This document shows, one piece after another, positions 25,861-37,971 of a stretch of 64,000 nt of DNA (position 1 is its first letter; every line of letters begins with the position of its first letter). Source of the DNA: Macrostomum lignano (taxonomy: Eukaryota); NCBI GenBank assembly GCA_002269645.1, contig NIVC01000019.1, positions 1,116,001 through 1,180,000 on the forward strand, given 5' to 3'. The position numbers and the translations under genes are program-made. The notes beneath the pieces are model-generated. The model did not search any database, was not told the DNA's origin, and saw only the letters and a program-made list of their open reading frames with translations.

Positions 25861-28183
25861 CTAAGCAGCTTTCCCGCCAAAGTTATTTTCTGAAGCCGCA
25901 ACGTCGTCCGCCGTGCCGCTCTCCGGTTCCACCCTGGCCGTGCGCGGTCTGTCGGCCTGCCGGTCCTTCGAGTCGCCCTTGCCGACGCCGAGCCTCGCTA
26001 AATCGACGATGAGCTCGATGAGCTCGCACACGGTGAGCAGCGACATGCCCAGGTAGATGCCCAAGATGCCGCCAACGTCGGCAATGAAGTTCTCAAGGCC
26101 GTAGTCGACGGCGTAGATGAGGCGGTCGCACCGCACTCGGCTCGGCCGGATCTGCAGCTTCAGCAGGTTGGATCGCACGTAGGCGGCCGCGTCTGCACTG
26201 CTGGCGTTGCTGACCAGGAAGTCGAGCGCGGGAACCGAGAGACCCCGGCCGACGGCCGAGGCTCTGGCAGCGGCCACGGTGGTCCCCAGGTAGGTGCTGA
26301 GCGATGATGGAGCGGGCCAGTCGGCGCTGGAGATGGTCGCGTCATACTGTAGCAGCTTGCAGCGGTCGCGACCCCGGCAGGCTTCCAGGGCCACCTCACC
26401 AAATCTTCAATGCGGCGCAGAAATTTCTGTTTTTTTTCTGCATTTTTCATTCATGACAGTATGTTAAAACAAACTTACCTTGTCTCCCCTTGATCTCCAC
26501 TTTGACTGCTGGTGCCATTGTTAGTACCGCAGAATACCTCCCCGGCTCCCGTCATATTCAGGATAAACGCTTTATTACGCAACGACCAGGGCAGCGGTGA
26601 ATTCGGGCCTGAAACGTTTTTGCGAGCTTGGACCTCCTTGTGATACTCGTAGTAGTAGCAGTAGGAGTAGCTGTACTCATGGGTGTACGGAGTTTCCTCG
26701 TAGGGATTGTCAAATTGAACGGATGGCTGGCTTTCAAGACAATCAATGGCATCCTTGCTCCGGCTCTGTTCCAACATGGCGACGTCCATCTAAAGTGGAC
26801 GTGTGAATTCGTTGGCTCAATATTAGCAATCATGAATAAATAATGACTGATTCCACAGGCCCTAAAAGGCAGACACACAACCAACAATCGCTGCACATTG
26901 GGGTCGCTACTCACACACCCTCAATTACCCCAGCTAATGCTAGTAGGTCCATTCTACAGCTGGGTGAGCTGAAAAATTGCAGAGTTAAGTGGTCTTGCCC
27001 AAGAACACAAATTGGGTCGAGTGGGTCGAGATCGAACCCCGATCTTTCTGTTGTGAGTCCGACGCTCTGACCACTAGGCTACAACCACCTCTCAAGTCAA
27101 ACTGTTGGCTTGGGTAAATGACGAAAAGTTGGGAAAAGATACATGATATTTATTTCGCCATTGAATATTCGAACAAATTGGTACTATTGGCACTTCAAAT
27201 GGCGCCATTACTGGCTCGTAGCTTAGTCACCCGGTCGCAAAAATTACCGCATGAAATTTTCCAGGGGCCAGCAAGTAGGACGTTGAAAAGTCTGTCGGAT
27301 ACTCGCCACGCGGAGTCAGGAACACTCTGACTCCCGAGCTACGATCCGAGCGGTTCCAGTCGTGCAGGGAGAGAGACCAGTCCGACAGCGGCACCGGATG
27401 CCACTGTATGTACGGACTGAAGCTCGATTCATTCGGTTTAAAAACTCTGGTAGCGATGGTGCGGCCGCTGACTGGAACAAGAGATGAAGAGTTGCCATCG
27501 AGCAGCAGCGTCAGCACGAGACCGGCCGAGGTGCCGCTCCGCAGCAGTTTCTCTTGGGTCGACGGCGCGAGTCTCCAGCGGAAGCAGCGCAGGTAATTCG
27601 GGTGGTAGAAACTGCTGAAGTTGACGCTCTCGTAGGTCGGTACGCCCAAGTCGTTCATAAACGCGATCTCACTTGAAATGACTGACTGTTCAGCTCTGTG
27701 AGCCAGGACGTCCACCAGTAGCCGGTATGGCAGAGAGGTTGGGAAGTAGAAGCTCATGAATTTCAATGTGCTACGAAACATCATAGCAATGTTTGCGATT
27801 GCCTGGGGAGTCAACGAGTCGGTGTTGGGTATACTACTTCTGTGGCACGAAAAAAAGAAGTTTTCAGTGTCGTTCAGCCTCGCCTCCAACTCCCTGGCAG
27901 TGTCTACGCTCATGTTCGCCGCGTAGGTGCCCGACACCGGACTCTCGAAGCACGCGTACACGTCAGGAAACTGGAAGCGCACCGAGCTGGCCTCCAGAGA
28001 CGAGCTCACCTGCCTGCTCTGCAGCTTGCTCACGAATCCGACGAGACCGCGCACGAACAGACAGAGAAAGAGCAGGAAGACCAGCAGCCAGGCCACTCTC
28101 ACGTAGACGGGCTTGTCGCTGGTGGCAGCCCGGGGCAGTCCGTGGGCGGACAAGTTCTCGCAGGCGTTTTTTACGCGTAGCAT
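25861..28183 (-). CDS. DEG/ENaC channel subunit, copy 1 (apparently intact); exons 28183..27248, 26789..26479, 26404..25861
   Basis: Pre-TM1 HG motif (SAHGLP), TM1, FPDVYAC, FYHPNYLRC, GL.L.L, G.RVF, TM2 FIADVGGILGIYLGMSLLTVCE with GxS filter; GT-AG introns with compatible phases (0, 2); the third-exon acceptor is the least certain. Confidence 0.88.
26835..27089 (-). mobile_element. tRNA-derived SINE with CORE-like central domain, in intron 1 of DEG/ENaC copy 1
   Basis: Minus strand: A-box TAGCCTAGTGG, B-box GGTTCGATCTC, then TGTGTTCTTGGGCAAGACCACTTAAC..CACCCAGCTGTAGAATGG resembling the MIR/CORE consensus from memory; ATTATTTATT tail; absent from the paralogous 70-nt intron. Confidence 0.7.
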
Positions 28184-28934
28184 CAGTCCAGTCTTGAATA
28201 AGTTGAATTTTCTGATTTTTCGGTTTCAGTTTAGTAGTCTGTTGATTTTAGCGATTTTGCAAAGCCACTTTACGACTCCCAGGACAGTGCACGTGTGGGA
28301 ACGGCTTACCTATTATATTGCCTGCACTCGTCTGGTTGGCAGCTGACAAACGTAACTAAGCGTCACTAATTGAATTACCAGTATTCACGGAATAGCTCTG
28401 AGACCTTCATACTCAAGCCGAGGTACTTAACAGCACCAGCAATTATTTGGCCAGCTCAGCAAACAAAGTTCCATTTGGCAAAATAATGTATTAGGGATAC
28501 GGAAATCCTCACGAAAAGTGACTGTTTCAGGAAATAATTTGCCAGTTGTGCTGACAATTTCGTCTCATAAATCTTCCAATGCAGTAAGTAAGTAGCAATT
28601 GAATGCCAAAATGTCCCGAGCCAACGAAAAGCCACTCTAGGCCTGGGGTCTAGCGTAGCCCTTCTGGGCGCAAGAGGTCCTTTGTTCGAATTGTAGTGAG
28701 CCTCTAGTTTAATGTTAGGCGTCACACTTTGTCAGCAGTTTCCCTCGCCCGCGCCCTTGCCTCGGGTTGCTGTCTGCCGCTGGTCAGCTTCCCACCTCCC
28801 TTCGTTTGTCTGTTTGCCACCCTCTCCCCATTTGCTGCTCGTTTTCTGTGCTCCTGTTCTCAGCCTTCAGTTTCTCTGCTGTGGGCTGTCCTTGTTTCGC
28901 TCCCGTCCCCTTTTCCCTTGTCATGTGAGCAAGT

Positions 28935-29430
28935 CACCATGTCGAACATAAAAGAGCCACCATGTCGAACATAAAAGAGCCACCATGTCAAACATAAAAG
29001 AGCCACCATGTCGAACATAAAAGAGCCACCATGTCAAACATTTAAGAGCCACCATGTCTAAACATTAAAATGCGACCATTTCAAACCTAAAAGAGCCACC
29101 ATGTCTAACATAAAACAGCCACCATGTCGAACATAAAAGAGCCACCATGTCGAACATAAAAGAGCCACCATGTCGAACATCAAAGAGCCACCATGTCAAA
29201 CATAAAAGAGCCACCATTTTAAACATTAAAAAGCCACTTTGTCAAACATTAAAGAGCCACCATGTCAAACATTAAAAAGCCACTTTGTCTAACATTAAAG
29301 AGCCACTATGTCAAACATTAAGGAGCCACCATGTCAAGCATATATGTGACTTTATGTCAAACTTTAAAGAGCCACCATTTCGAACATTAAATAGCCACTT
29401 TGTCAAAAATTAGAGAGCCGCCGTGTCAAA
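28935..29430. repeat. 23-bp minisatellite containing GCCACCATG
   Basis: Unit GAGCCACCATGTCGAACATAAAA; period 28938 to 28961; degenerates rightwards. Confidence 0.92.
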
Positions 29431-29444
29431 CATAAACAAACAAT

Positions 29445-32400
29445 CATAGAAGCGTCATGTAAAAAATCTTAGAAGCGTCATTTAAAAAAGCATAGAAGCG
29501 TCATGTAAACAATCATAAAAGCGTCATGTCAAAAATCATAGAAGCGTCATGAAAACAATCATAGAAGCGCCATGTAAAAAGCATAGAAGCGTCATGAAAA
29601 AATCATAGAAGCGTCATGTAAACAATCATAGAAGCGTCATGTAAAAAGCATAGAAGCGTCATGTAAAAATCATAGAACCGTCATATAAACAATCATAGAA
29701 GCGTCATGTAAACAATCATAGAAGCGTCATGTAAAAAATCTTAGAAGCGTCATTTAAAAAAGCATAGAAGCGTCATGTAAACAATCATAAAAGCGTCATG
29801 TCAAAAATCATAGAAGCGTCATGAAAAAATCATAGAAGCGTCATGTAAACAATCATAGAAGCGCCATGTAAAAAGCATAGAAGCGTCATGAAAAAATCAT
29901 AGAAGCGTCATGTAAAAAATCTTAGAAGCGTCATTTAAAAAAGCATAGAAGCGTCATGTAAACAATCATAAAAGCGTCATGTCAAAAATCATAGAAGCGT
30001 CATGAAAAAATCATAGAAGCGTCATGTAAACAATCATAGAAGCGCCATGTAAAAAGCATAGAAGCGTCATGAAAAAATCATAGAAGCGTCATGTAAACAA
30101 TCATAGAAGCGTCATGTAAAAAGCATAGAAGCGTCATGTAAAAATCATAGAACCGTCATATAAACAATCATAGAAGCGTCATGTAAACAATCATAGAAGC
30201 GTCATGTAAAAAATCATAGAAGCGTCATGTAAAAAATCATAGAAGCGTCATGTAAACAATCATCGAAGCGTCATCTAAAAAGTCATAGAAGCGTCATGAA
30301 AACAATTATAGAAGCGTCATGTAAAAAATCATAGAAGCGTCATGTAAGAAAGCATTGAAGCGTCATGTAAACAATCATCGAAGCGTCATCTAAAAAGTCA
30401 TAGAAGCGTCATGAAAACAATCATAGAAGCGTCATGTAAAAAATCATAGAAGCGTCATGTAAAAAATCATAAAAGCGTCATGTAAAAATCATAGTAGCGT
30501 CATGTAAACAATCATAGAAGCGTCATGTAAAAAATAATAGAAGCGTCGTATAAACAATCATAAAAGCGTCATATTAACAATCATAGAAGCGTCGTATAAA
30601 CGATCATAGAAGCGTCATGTAAACAATCATGGAAGCGTCATGTAAAAAATCATAGAAGCGTCATGTAAAAATCATAGTAGCGTCATGTAAAAAATCATAA
30701 AAGCGTCATGTAAAAAATCATAAAAGCGTCATATAAAAATCATAGAAGCGTCATGAAAAAATCATAGAAGCGTCATGTAAAAAATCTTAGAAGCGTCATG
30801 TAAAAAATCATAGAAGCGTCATGAAAAAAATAATGGAAGCGTCATGTAAAAAATCTTAAAAGCGTCATGTAAAAAATCATAGAAGCGTCATGAAAAAATC
30901 ATAGAAGCGTCATGAAAAAATCATAGAAGCGTCATTTAAAAAGTCATAGAAGCGTCATGAAAACAATCATAGAAGCGTCATGTAAAAAATCATAGAAGCG
31001 TCATGTAAACAATCATAGAAGCGTCATATTAACAATCATAGAAGCGTCATGTAAAAAGCATAGAAGCGTCATGTAAAAATCATAGAAGCGTCATATAAAC
31101 AATCATAGAAGCGTCATGTAAACAATCATAGAAGCGTCATGTAAAAAATCATAGAAGCGTCATGAAAAAATCATAGAAGCGTCATGTAAACAATCATCGA
31201 AGCGTCATCTAAAAAGTCATAGAAGCGTCATGAAAACAATCATAGAAGCGTCATGTAAAAAAATCTTAGAAGCGTCATGTAAACAGTCATAGAAGCGTCA
31301 TGTAAAAATCATAGTAGCGTCATGTAAAAAATCATAGAAGCGTCATGTAAAAAGCATAGAGGCGTCATATTAACAATCATAGAAGCGTCATGTAAACAAT
31401 CATAGAAGCGTCATGAAAAAATCATAGAAGCGTCATGTAAACAATCATCGAAGCGTCATCTAAAAAGTCATAGAAGCGTCATATAAACAATCATAGAAGC
31501 TTTATGTAAACAATCATAGAAGCGTCATGTAAACAATCATAGAAGCGTCATGTAAAAAATCATAGAAGCGTCATGAAAAAATCATAGAAGCGTCATGTAA
31601 ACAATCATCGAAGCGTCATCTAAAAAGTCATAGAAGCGTCATGAAAACAATCATAGAAGCGTCATGTAAAAAAATCTTAGAAGCGTCATGTAAACAGTCA
31701 TAGAAGCGTCATGTAAAAATCATAGTAGCGTCATGTAAAAAATCATAGAAGCGTCATGTAAAAAGCATAGAGGCGTCATATTAACAATCATAGAAGCGTC
31801 ATGTAAACAATCATAGAAGCGTCATGAAAAAATCATAGAAGCGTCATGTAAACAATCATCGAAGCGTCATCTAAAAAGTCATAGAAGCGTCATATAAACA
31901 ATCATAGAAGCTTTATGTAAACAATCATAGAAGCGTCATGTAAACAATCATAGAAGCGTCATGTAAAAAATCATAGAAGCGTCATGAAAAAATCATAGAA
32001 GCGTCATGTAAACAATCATCGAAGCGTCATCTAAAAAGTCATAGAAGCGTCATGAAAACAATCATAGAAGCGTCATGTAAAAAATCTTAGAAGCGTCATG
32101 TAAACAGTCATAGAAGCGTCATGTAAAAATCATAGTAGCGTCATGTAAAAAATCATAGAAGCGTCATGTAAAAAGCATAGAGGCGTCATATTAACAATCA
32201 TAGAAGCGTCATGAAAAAATCATAGAAGCGTCATGTAAACAATCATCGAAGCGTCATCTAAAAAGTCATTGAAGCGTCATATAAACAATCGTAGAAGCTT
32301 TATGTAAACAATCATAGAAGCGTCATGTAAACAATCATAGAAGCGTCATATAAACAATCATGGAAGCGTTATGTAAAAAAATCATAGAAGCGTCATGAAA
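29445..32400. repeat. 22-23-bp satellite (about 130 units) with about 410-bp higher-order repeat
   Basis: Unit ATCATAGAAGCGTCATGTAAA(A/C)A; rare variant AAACAGTCA recurs at 31281, 31692 and 32102. Confidence 0.96.
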
Positions 32401-33341
32401 AAATCATAGGAGCCTCATTTAAAAACTAATGAAAGTGTCATTAAAAAAATCAAGAAGCATCATGGTAAAATAAAAGAAGTGTAATGTAAAAATCAAAAGA
32501 AGCGTCATGTCAGACATGAAGGGTGTCATGTAAAAATTAAATGCAGCTATAATGCTGTGCTGGGGAGAAAAACTGAGACGTAAAGGCTCTCAGAGAATAA
32601 CTGAGATTACGGGGGGGGTTTCTGAGATGTCAAAGCAAAAGTCAGAAGCTACTTCAAAGTTCATGTACTTTACTCAATTTTTTTATTGCATTCTTTGTTG
32701 GCTCGCCACGGGGGGGGGCGCTGATAGAAGAAAAGTCATGTAAAAAATAAAAGTAGCACTATGTATACATAAAATAAAAGTCATGTCGAAGTTAAAAGAT
32801 TCATTTGGGAATTGCTAGGATGTCAAAGCTTGGTGGAAATCGTTATAGTGCTGTGATTCTTAAAGAAGGAATCACTAAAATGCCAAGGCTTAGGGGAGAA
32901 GAATTGCTGAGATTTCAAGGCTTTAGGTTGGGTTAAAGTTAGGTTTAGGTCAGGTGTGGGTTGAGGGTTATATTTTATCGGGTTTCAAGGTTAACAGGGG
33001 ATTTTTTAGATTTCAAGGTTTATGGGGGCCATCGCTGACATGTTAAGGCTTACGGGGGGAATGGCTGAGATGTCAAGGCTCACGGGGTATAAATGAGATT
33101 TCAAGGCTAAAGTCAGAAGCTACATGTAGTTTATTGAAAACTTTTTATTACATTATTTGATGCCTCCTCAGGGGAGGGATCGCTGATAAAAAAACGTAAT
33201 GTAAAAAATAAAAGAAGCTTCATGTCGAGGTTAAGAGATTAATTTGGGAATCCCTACGATGTCGAGGCTTGCAGGGAATCGCTATAATGCTGTAGTAGTG
33301 CTATAATGACTCTTAGAGAGAATTACTGAAATTTCAATGCT

Positions 33342-33434
33342 TTAGGGTTGGGTTAGGGTTAGGGTTAGGGTTAGGGTTAGGGTTAGGGTTAGGCTATAGG
33401 GTTAGGGTTAGGGTTGGGCTAGCATTAGGGTTAG
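33342..33434 (+). repeat. Interstitial telomeric repeat (TTAGGG)n
   Basis: Six perfect consecutive TTAGGG at 33353..33388, about ten perfect units in total plus degenerate ones; weaker tract at 32921..32970. Confidence 0.9.
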
Positions 33435-34414
33435 AAGGTTGACAGATATTTTTAGATTTCCAAGGCTTATTGGGGGCATTGCTGAGATGTCAAGGTGGGA
33501 AGTTGAAATGTTAAAGCTTGTGGGGGGATTACTGACATGTCAAGGCTTACAAGGTTTGACAGGAGATTTTTTAAGATTTCAAGGATACATGTAGCTTATT
33601 AAAAAAACGTGTATTGCATTTCTATGGCTCCCCAACGGGGGGCGTAGATTGCTAGTAACTAACTAAGAATGCACTAAGAATACACTAGCATAACACCACA
33701 ATGTCACACATATTTATGCCGAAATTTATTCCACTGTGTCTACTTTATGCCTGTGCGCCTATAAAGATTTTTTGCTCAATATTTACGCGAAAATTTATTC
33801 GTCTGAGCCAATATAATATGCAAATTAGCTCCACTATTTATGCATACATTTGCTCGGCTTATACCAATATTGATGCCTACGTTTGTATTAAATACACTGA
33901 ACCTACTTTTGTCAGCAAATAGTGGCCTACATGGGGCATGCATTTGTCGGGGGAAGGGGGCTTACCTACACGGAGGCGCGGGGGAGGCGCTGGTGCTGCG
34001 GGCTGCAGAGTGAGGGGTTGGGAGAGAGGCTTGGAGGGGCGCCAGGCGAGGTTGAGGTGTGAGATAGGAAGAGAAGTAGAGGTTGATAAGGTGAGAGAGG
34101 CAGAGGCAGGGAGAGAGAGGGTGGGATTTAGAGTGAGAGGGCGAGGTAGCGGATGAGGCGCTGGGGCGGGCAAAGTGGAGTGTGGGGTGAGGGGTAGGGA
34201 GAGATGCAGGTCGGGCGCCAGCCAATGGGAGGTGGCCGATATCGATATTGATCGGACACCAATAATTCCATAGTAATTCAAATAATTACTCCGATTGCAT
34301 ATTTTCGGCAGCTTCGTGGATTGCATTAAACAGGAGTCAACAAACTCTGGCCCGAGAGCCACATGCGGCCCGCGAAGCCTCTCTATCCGACCCTCAGGTC
34401 CATGAAACTCCAGG

Positions 34415-34760
34415 TTTTTGTCTCTTCTCTCTCTTCTATTTCTCTCCTCTCTCTTCTCTCCTCTCCTCTCCCTTCTCCTCTTCTGTCCTCTCCTCTCCTC
34501 TATCCTCTCCTCTCTCCTCTCCTCTATCCTCTCCTCTCTCCTCTCTCCTCTCTCTTCTTCTCTCTCTCTCTCTCTACCCCTCTCCTCTCCCTTCTCCTCT
34601 TCTGTCCTCTCCTCCTCTCCTTTCCTCTCTCCTCTTTCGTCTCTCCTCTCTCCTTTTCATCTCTCCTCTCCTCTAGTCTCCTCTTTGCTCCTTTACGAGT
34701 ATTCCATCGCCTCTCCTTTCTCCTATTTCCTTTTTCTCTTCTCTATTCCATATCTCACCT
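34415..34760. repeat. CT-rich low-complexity tract
   Basis: CTCTC/CTCCT repeats. Confidence 0.9.
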
Positions 34761-35131
34761 CCCTATTCTAGTTTTTCTATCTGGCCCTTGAGGATGAGGT
34801 ATATATATTAAGTAGTCCTTTCCTTTGGCATAAAAACACTAACAAACAATCAACTTGGACAATCGGACAACCAATTTTTTTAGTAATGTGGATAGAATCC
34901 CTTAAAGTATTTTTATGCAAAGTAAATAAGTAATAGTGAAAAATAGTTTAGAGTTATTAGCAGCAAATATGCCAACATACGAATACGGTCCAATGGTAGG
35001 ACCTTCGGCTACACACCAGTACATGATATTTATCCGATTCGCATGAGTCAGATTGAACAACCTTACAGGCTCTGCTGTACCAACAGAACAGAATGCTCAA
35101 AGGCCCACGCACAAGTAGATTTAGAATTGCG

Positions 35132-36285
35132 TCAGATAATCTCCCTCGCCATCCGAACATTCGGCACTACGGTCCGAATGCTCACAGAGTCTTTGTAAAA
35201 CTGTGGCGAGCCTCGCTTGTCGTAGGACGACCGCGCCTTGTTGCTGTCGTGAATGGCGAACGCGAGCTCCCTGCGGTCGGTGATGGGATCCAGGTTGTAC
35301 ACATCCTTGCAGTAGGACTTCAACTCTGGTGGAGAGACGGTCGACTTTCGAACTGCATCGCACTGCCTGTTCAGAGCGTCCATGATGCCGCCCTTGTACT
35401 CGCTCGTGCTGCTTCGTAGGCTGTTGTTTGCGTAGGAGGAGAACGCTCTTGACACCGGCACGAACACCACATCGCTGAGATCGGAGACGGCCGGTCGGTC
35501 AGTGGCGTACCGCTTCAGCATGGCTGAGAGTCCTAGCGGACCAGCGAACGTGAACACATCGGTGGCGGGATTCGCCATCAGCTGAAGGATGCAGAAAAAG
35601 AAAAACGGATGCTGTGGCACGGAAAACATGAACGCCGGGTTTCCAAGTAGGTCTGGTGGCCAGGTGCTCATGCCGAAATAGAGCAGAGCGAAAGCCTCAG
35701 TCTCGATAGGCACTACGGCAGTGTACTTGAGGAAGGGATCCAGCGAGTGCACCAGCGTGTAATCCAGGTCTGCGTAAACTCCTCCGAACTGAAAGGTCGA
35801 GCTCGGTTGAGTCAGATTGCATAATGATCGCTAATAAACACCCAGAGATTTACGCTCACATGGTGGAGAATTAAGTAGCGAGCCATGTCCACTCGCATGA
35901 TGTTCTCCTTTAGCGACCTGAACTTCTGCAATGCACCTGTGTAGTGCTTGGCAACAAACCTATCCAGGTCGGCGTCGCGCCACAGAACGTAGGTCCAGCC
36001 CGGGTGAATGTCGGTCCACGACTTGAGCTGCTTTGTAAAGTAGGCGGACACTCGGTCGGACTTCCACAGAATGTGCCGAATCCGTGGCACTCGGTCGGTT
36101 CTCATGTCCATCATCGAGTGCAAAGCTGCCTTGCACTTCCGGTCGTGGCAGACGTCACGAATTCCCGCAAGTCTGAGTGTTCTGGCCTACGGCCGCATCA
36201 ATGACAGTGATCCCTGATGCCTGTATCGAAGGCCCGCGAAGATCAGCGAAAGTAGCAACAGAAATGCAACGAATTTTGAGCGCAT
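35132..36285 (-). pseudogene. GT32 (DXD sugar-binding, OCH1/SUR1-like) glycosyltransferase A with one in-frame TAG after the signal anchor; exons 36285..35860, 35788..35132
   Basis: MRSKFVAFLLLLSLIFAG anchor, TAG at 36187..36189, same frame continues to VPRIRHILWKS..HPGWTYVLWRD..RVDMARYLILHH|FGGVYADLDY (DXD)..PQHPFF..AGPLGLS; 71-nt phase-0 GT-AG intron; may still be translated from Met at 36114. Confidence 0.75.
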
Positions 36286-36681
36286 TGCAAGCAGCTCAAT
36301 CTGCAGGAATAATAACAGCAACGACAGATTTGAATAATAAAATACTTTAATCAGTATAATACAGTGTTCCAATAGAATTAAAATTGTATCGTCTGGAGCT
36401 TCGGTCTTGATTCGGTCTTGCCCACAGACATGGACACAAAAACGGCAGCCAAACTGATCATTCGGCCATAGACATCAGCAACAAAAGAGGATGCCAGCAG
36501 CAACCTGTTTTTGAATAGTTACACACTGAACTTGAAAGGGCTGGATTGCGAATGTTCTGATTTCAGTTCCGATTTTTCAGTTCTTTCGATGCAGTGACGA
36601 AAAAGTCAAGCACGCGGTCGAACTTTTATTGCGCATCTTTTGGGCCGAAATTCCTTTTTTCTTATTGGCGGACAGGAAGTC

Positions 36682-36695
36682 ACTTCAGACTTCAG
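36682..36695 (-). promoter_or_regulatory. CTGAAGTCTGAAGT motif followed by CCAAT, upstream of GT32 A
   Basis: Identical 14-mer in the same gene-relative orientation upstream of GT32 B; CCAAT 13 nt downstream. Confidence 0.3.
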
Positions 36696-37020
36696 GCTAC
36701 GCTTGAGAAATCAGGTTGAGTCACAATGGCAGCGGTTAGTAGTATAAAGAGAATGCAAATTAATTTTTAGTAATTAAATTTCAAGGCAAGGACTACTTAA
36801 GAACACAGGACGTTACACTTGCAAATATTGGCAGAATTCTAAAAGGCCTTAAGTAGTCCTTGTTTCAAGGCTCAATTTTACAACAGAATTCATGGTAAAT
36901 GGTATTGGATTAACTTATTAATCTAAAACAGTATCCGATGAAGGTAAATTCTGCAATTTTGTCGCCAGCTACTCAACTCTTAGTGCCCCCCTGCGCTATC
37001 AGTTGGCCTCGCGGTCCGGA

Positions 37021-37090
37021 GGTCGATGAGCTCGCTCACTGTGAGCAGCGACATGCCCAGGTAGATGCCCGCCGCCTTACGTCGGCAATA
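37021..37090 (-). pseudogene. Isolated degenerate DEG/ENaC TM2 fragment
   Basis: Minus strand reads IADV..GIYLGMSLLTVSELID; GTGAGCAGCGACATGCCCAGGTAGATGCCC is identical to both full copies; flanks are unrelated. Confidence 0.8.
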
Positions 37091-37971
37091 TACTCGATAA
37101 TTATGGTTAATATATAGTAATTACACACTTTTTATTCAGTGCTGTGAATAATGCAAATAATGCAATTGTGATTTAAACAAATACGGAATACTCAGATAGG
37201 GTACCATACCGACTGGTAGAGTACCGACTGTTCGGGGGGGGGGTTGGGGGCGTGTTTCCTGGAGTGAGCCTGTTCAGTAGCACATATATAGTTACCCGAC
37301 CAGCCCAGAGACCACAAGCTATAAGTACTAATAGTAACAGTAGGCTGGGCTTCGAGCCTCCACTGGCACTACACTACTGCACTACCACTCAAAAAGTCAA
37401 TTCTTCCTTCGTCCTTCCTTCCTGCTATAAGAGCTCATCGAATAATAAAAATGAGCTGTCTCTCTGTCTAATGTTACATGTGTCGTGTCTAAGAAATCTC
37501 TCAATGCTAGAGGGATTCAATATATCGAAAAACATGCTTTTTGCAAAGGTCGAGCAGACTTTTTGACTTGAAAATGCATTGAAAGAATGCTGGACAAAAA
37601 GATGACTGAGTGAATTCTGATTCTGATAAAGACTGCATCACAACAGGCTTTTATTTATCGTCAGTTTTGGAATCCGGGAACTGGGGGAGTTGGGGAATTG
37701 CTGAGATGTCAAGGCTAACGGAGGGAATTGCTTTGCTATGCTTTCAATTTGGGGATTAGACGGAGCCAACACAGGGGTGGGGTGGATAGAGCTGCACGCA
37801 AGGGCAAGTGACTCACAAACAAAGGGGGTGGTGGAAACAATTCAAGGGCAGGCTGAGAGAGGCACATTCATCAGATATCTAAAAATTCCTAAGCCATGTG
37901 CTTAAATCCAAAGTTTGAAAAAGTCTTGTAAGTTCTATGCTCGAAATTTTATTCGTCAAATCTGACAAATC

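Noticed and set aside
27010-27089. Functional tRNA gene
   Set aside because: A and B boxes are present but acceptor-stem pairing is poor, and the sequence continues into a CORE-like body, so it is called a SINE.
36172-36189. 18-nt GT..AG micro-intron removing the GT32A stop
   Set aside because: Frame-compatible but far shorter than any other intron here (70 nt or more) and too short for normal spliceosomal splicing.
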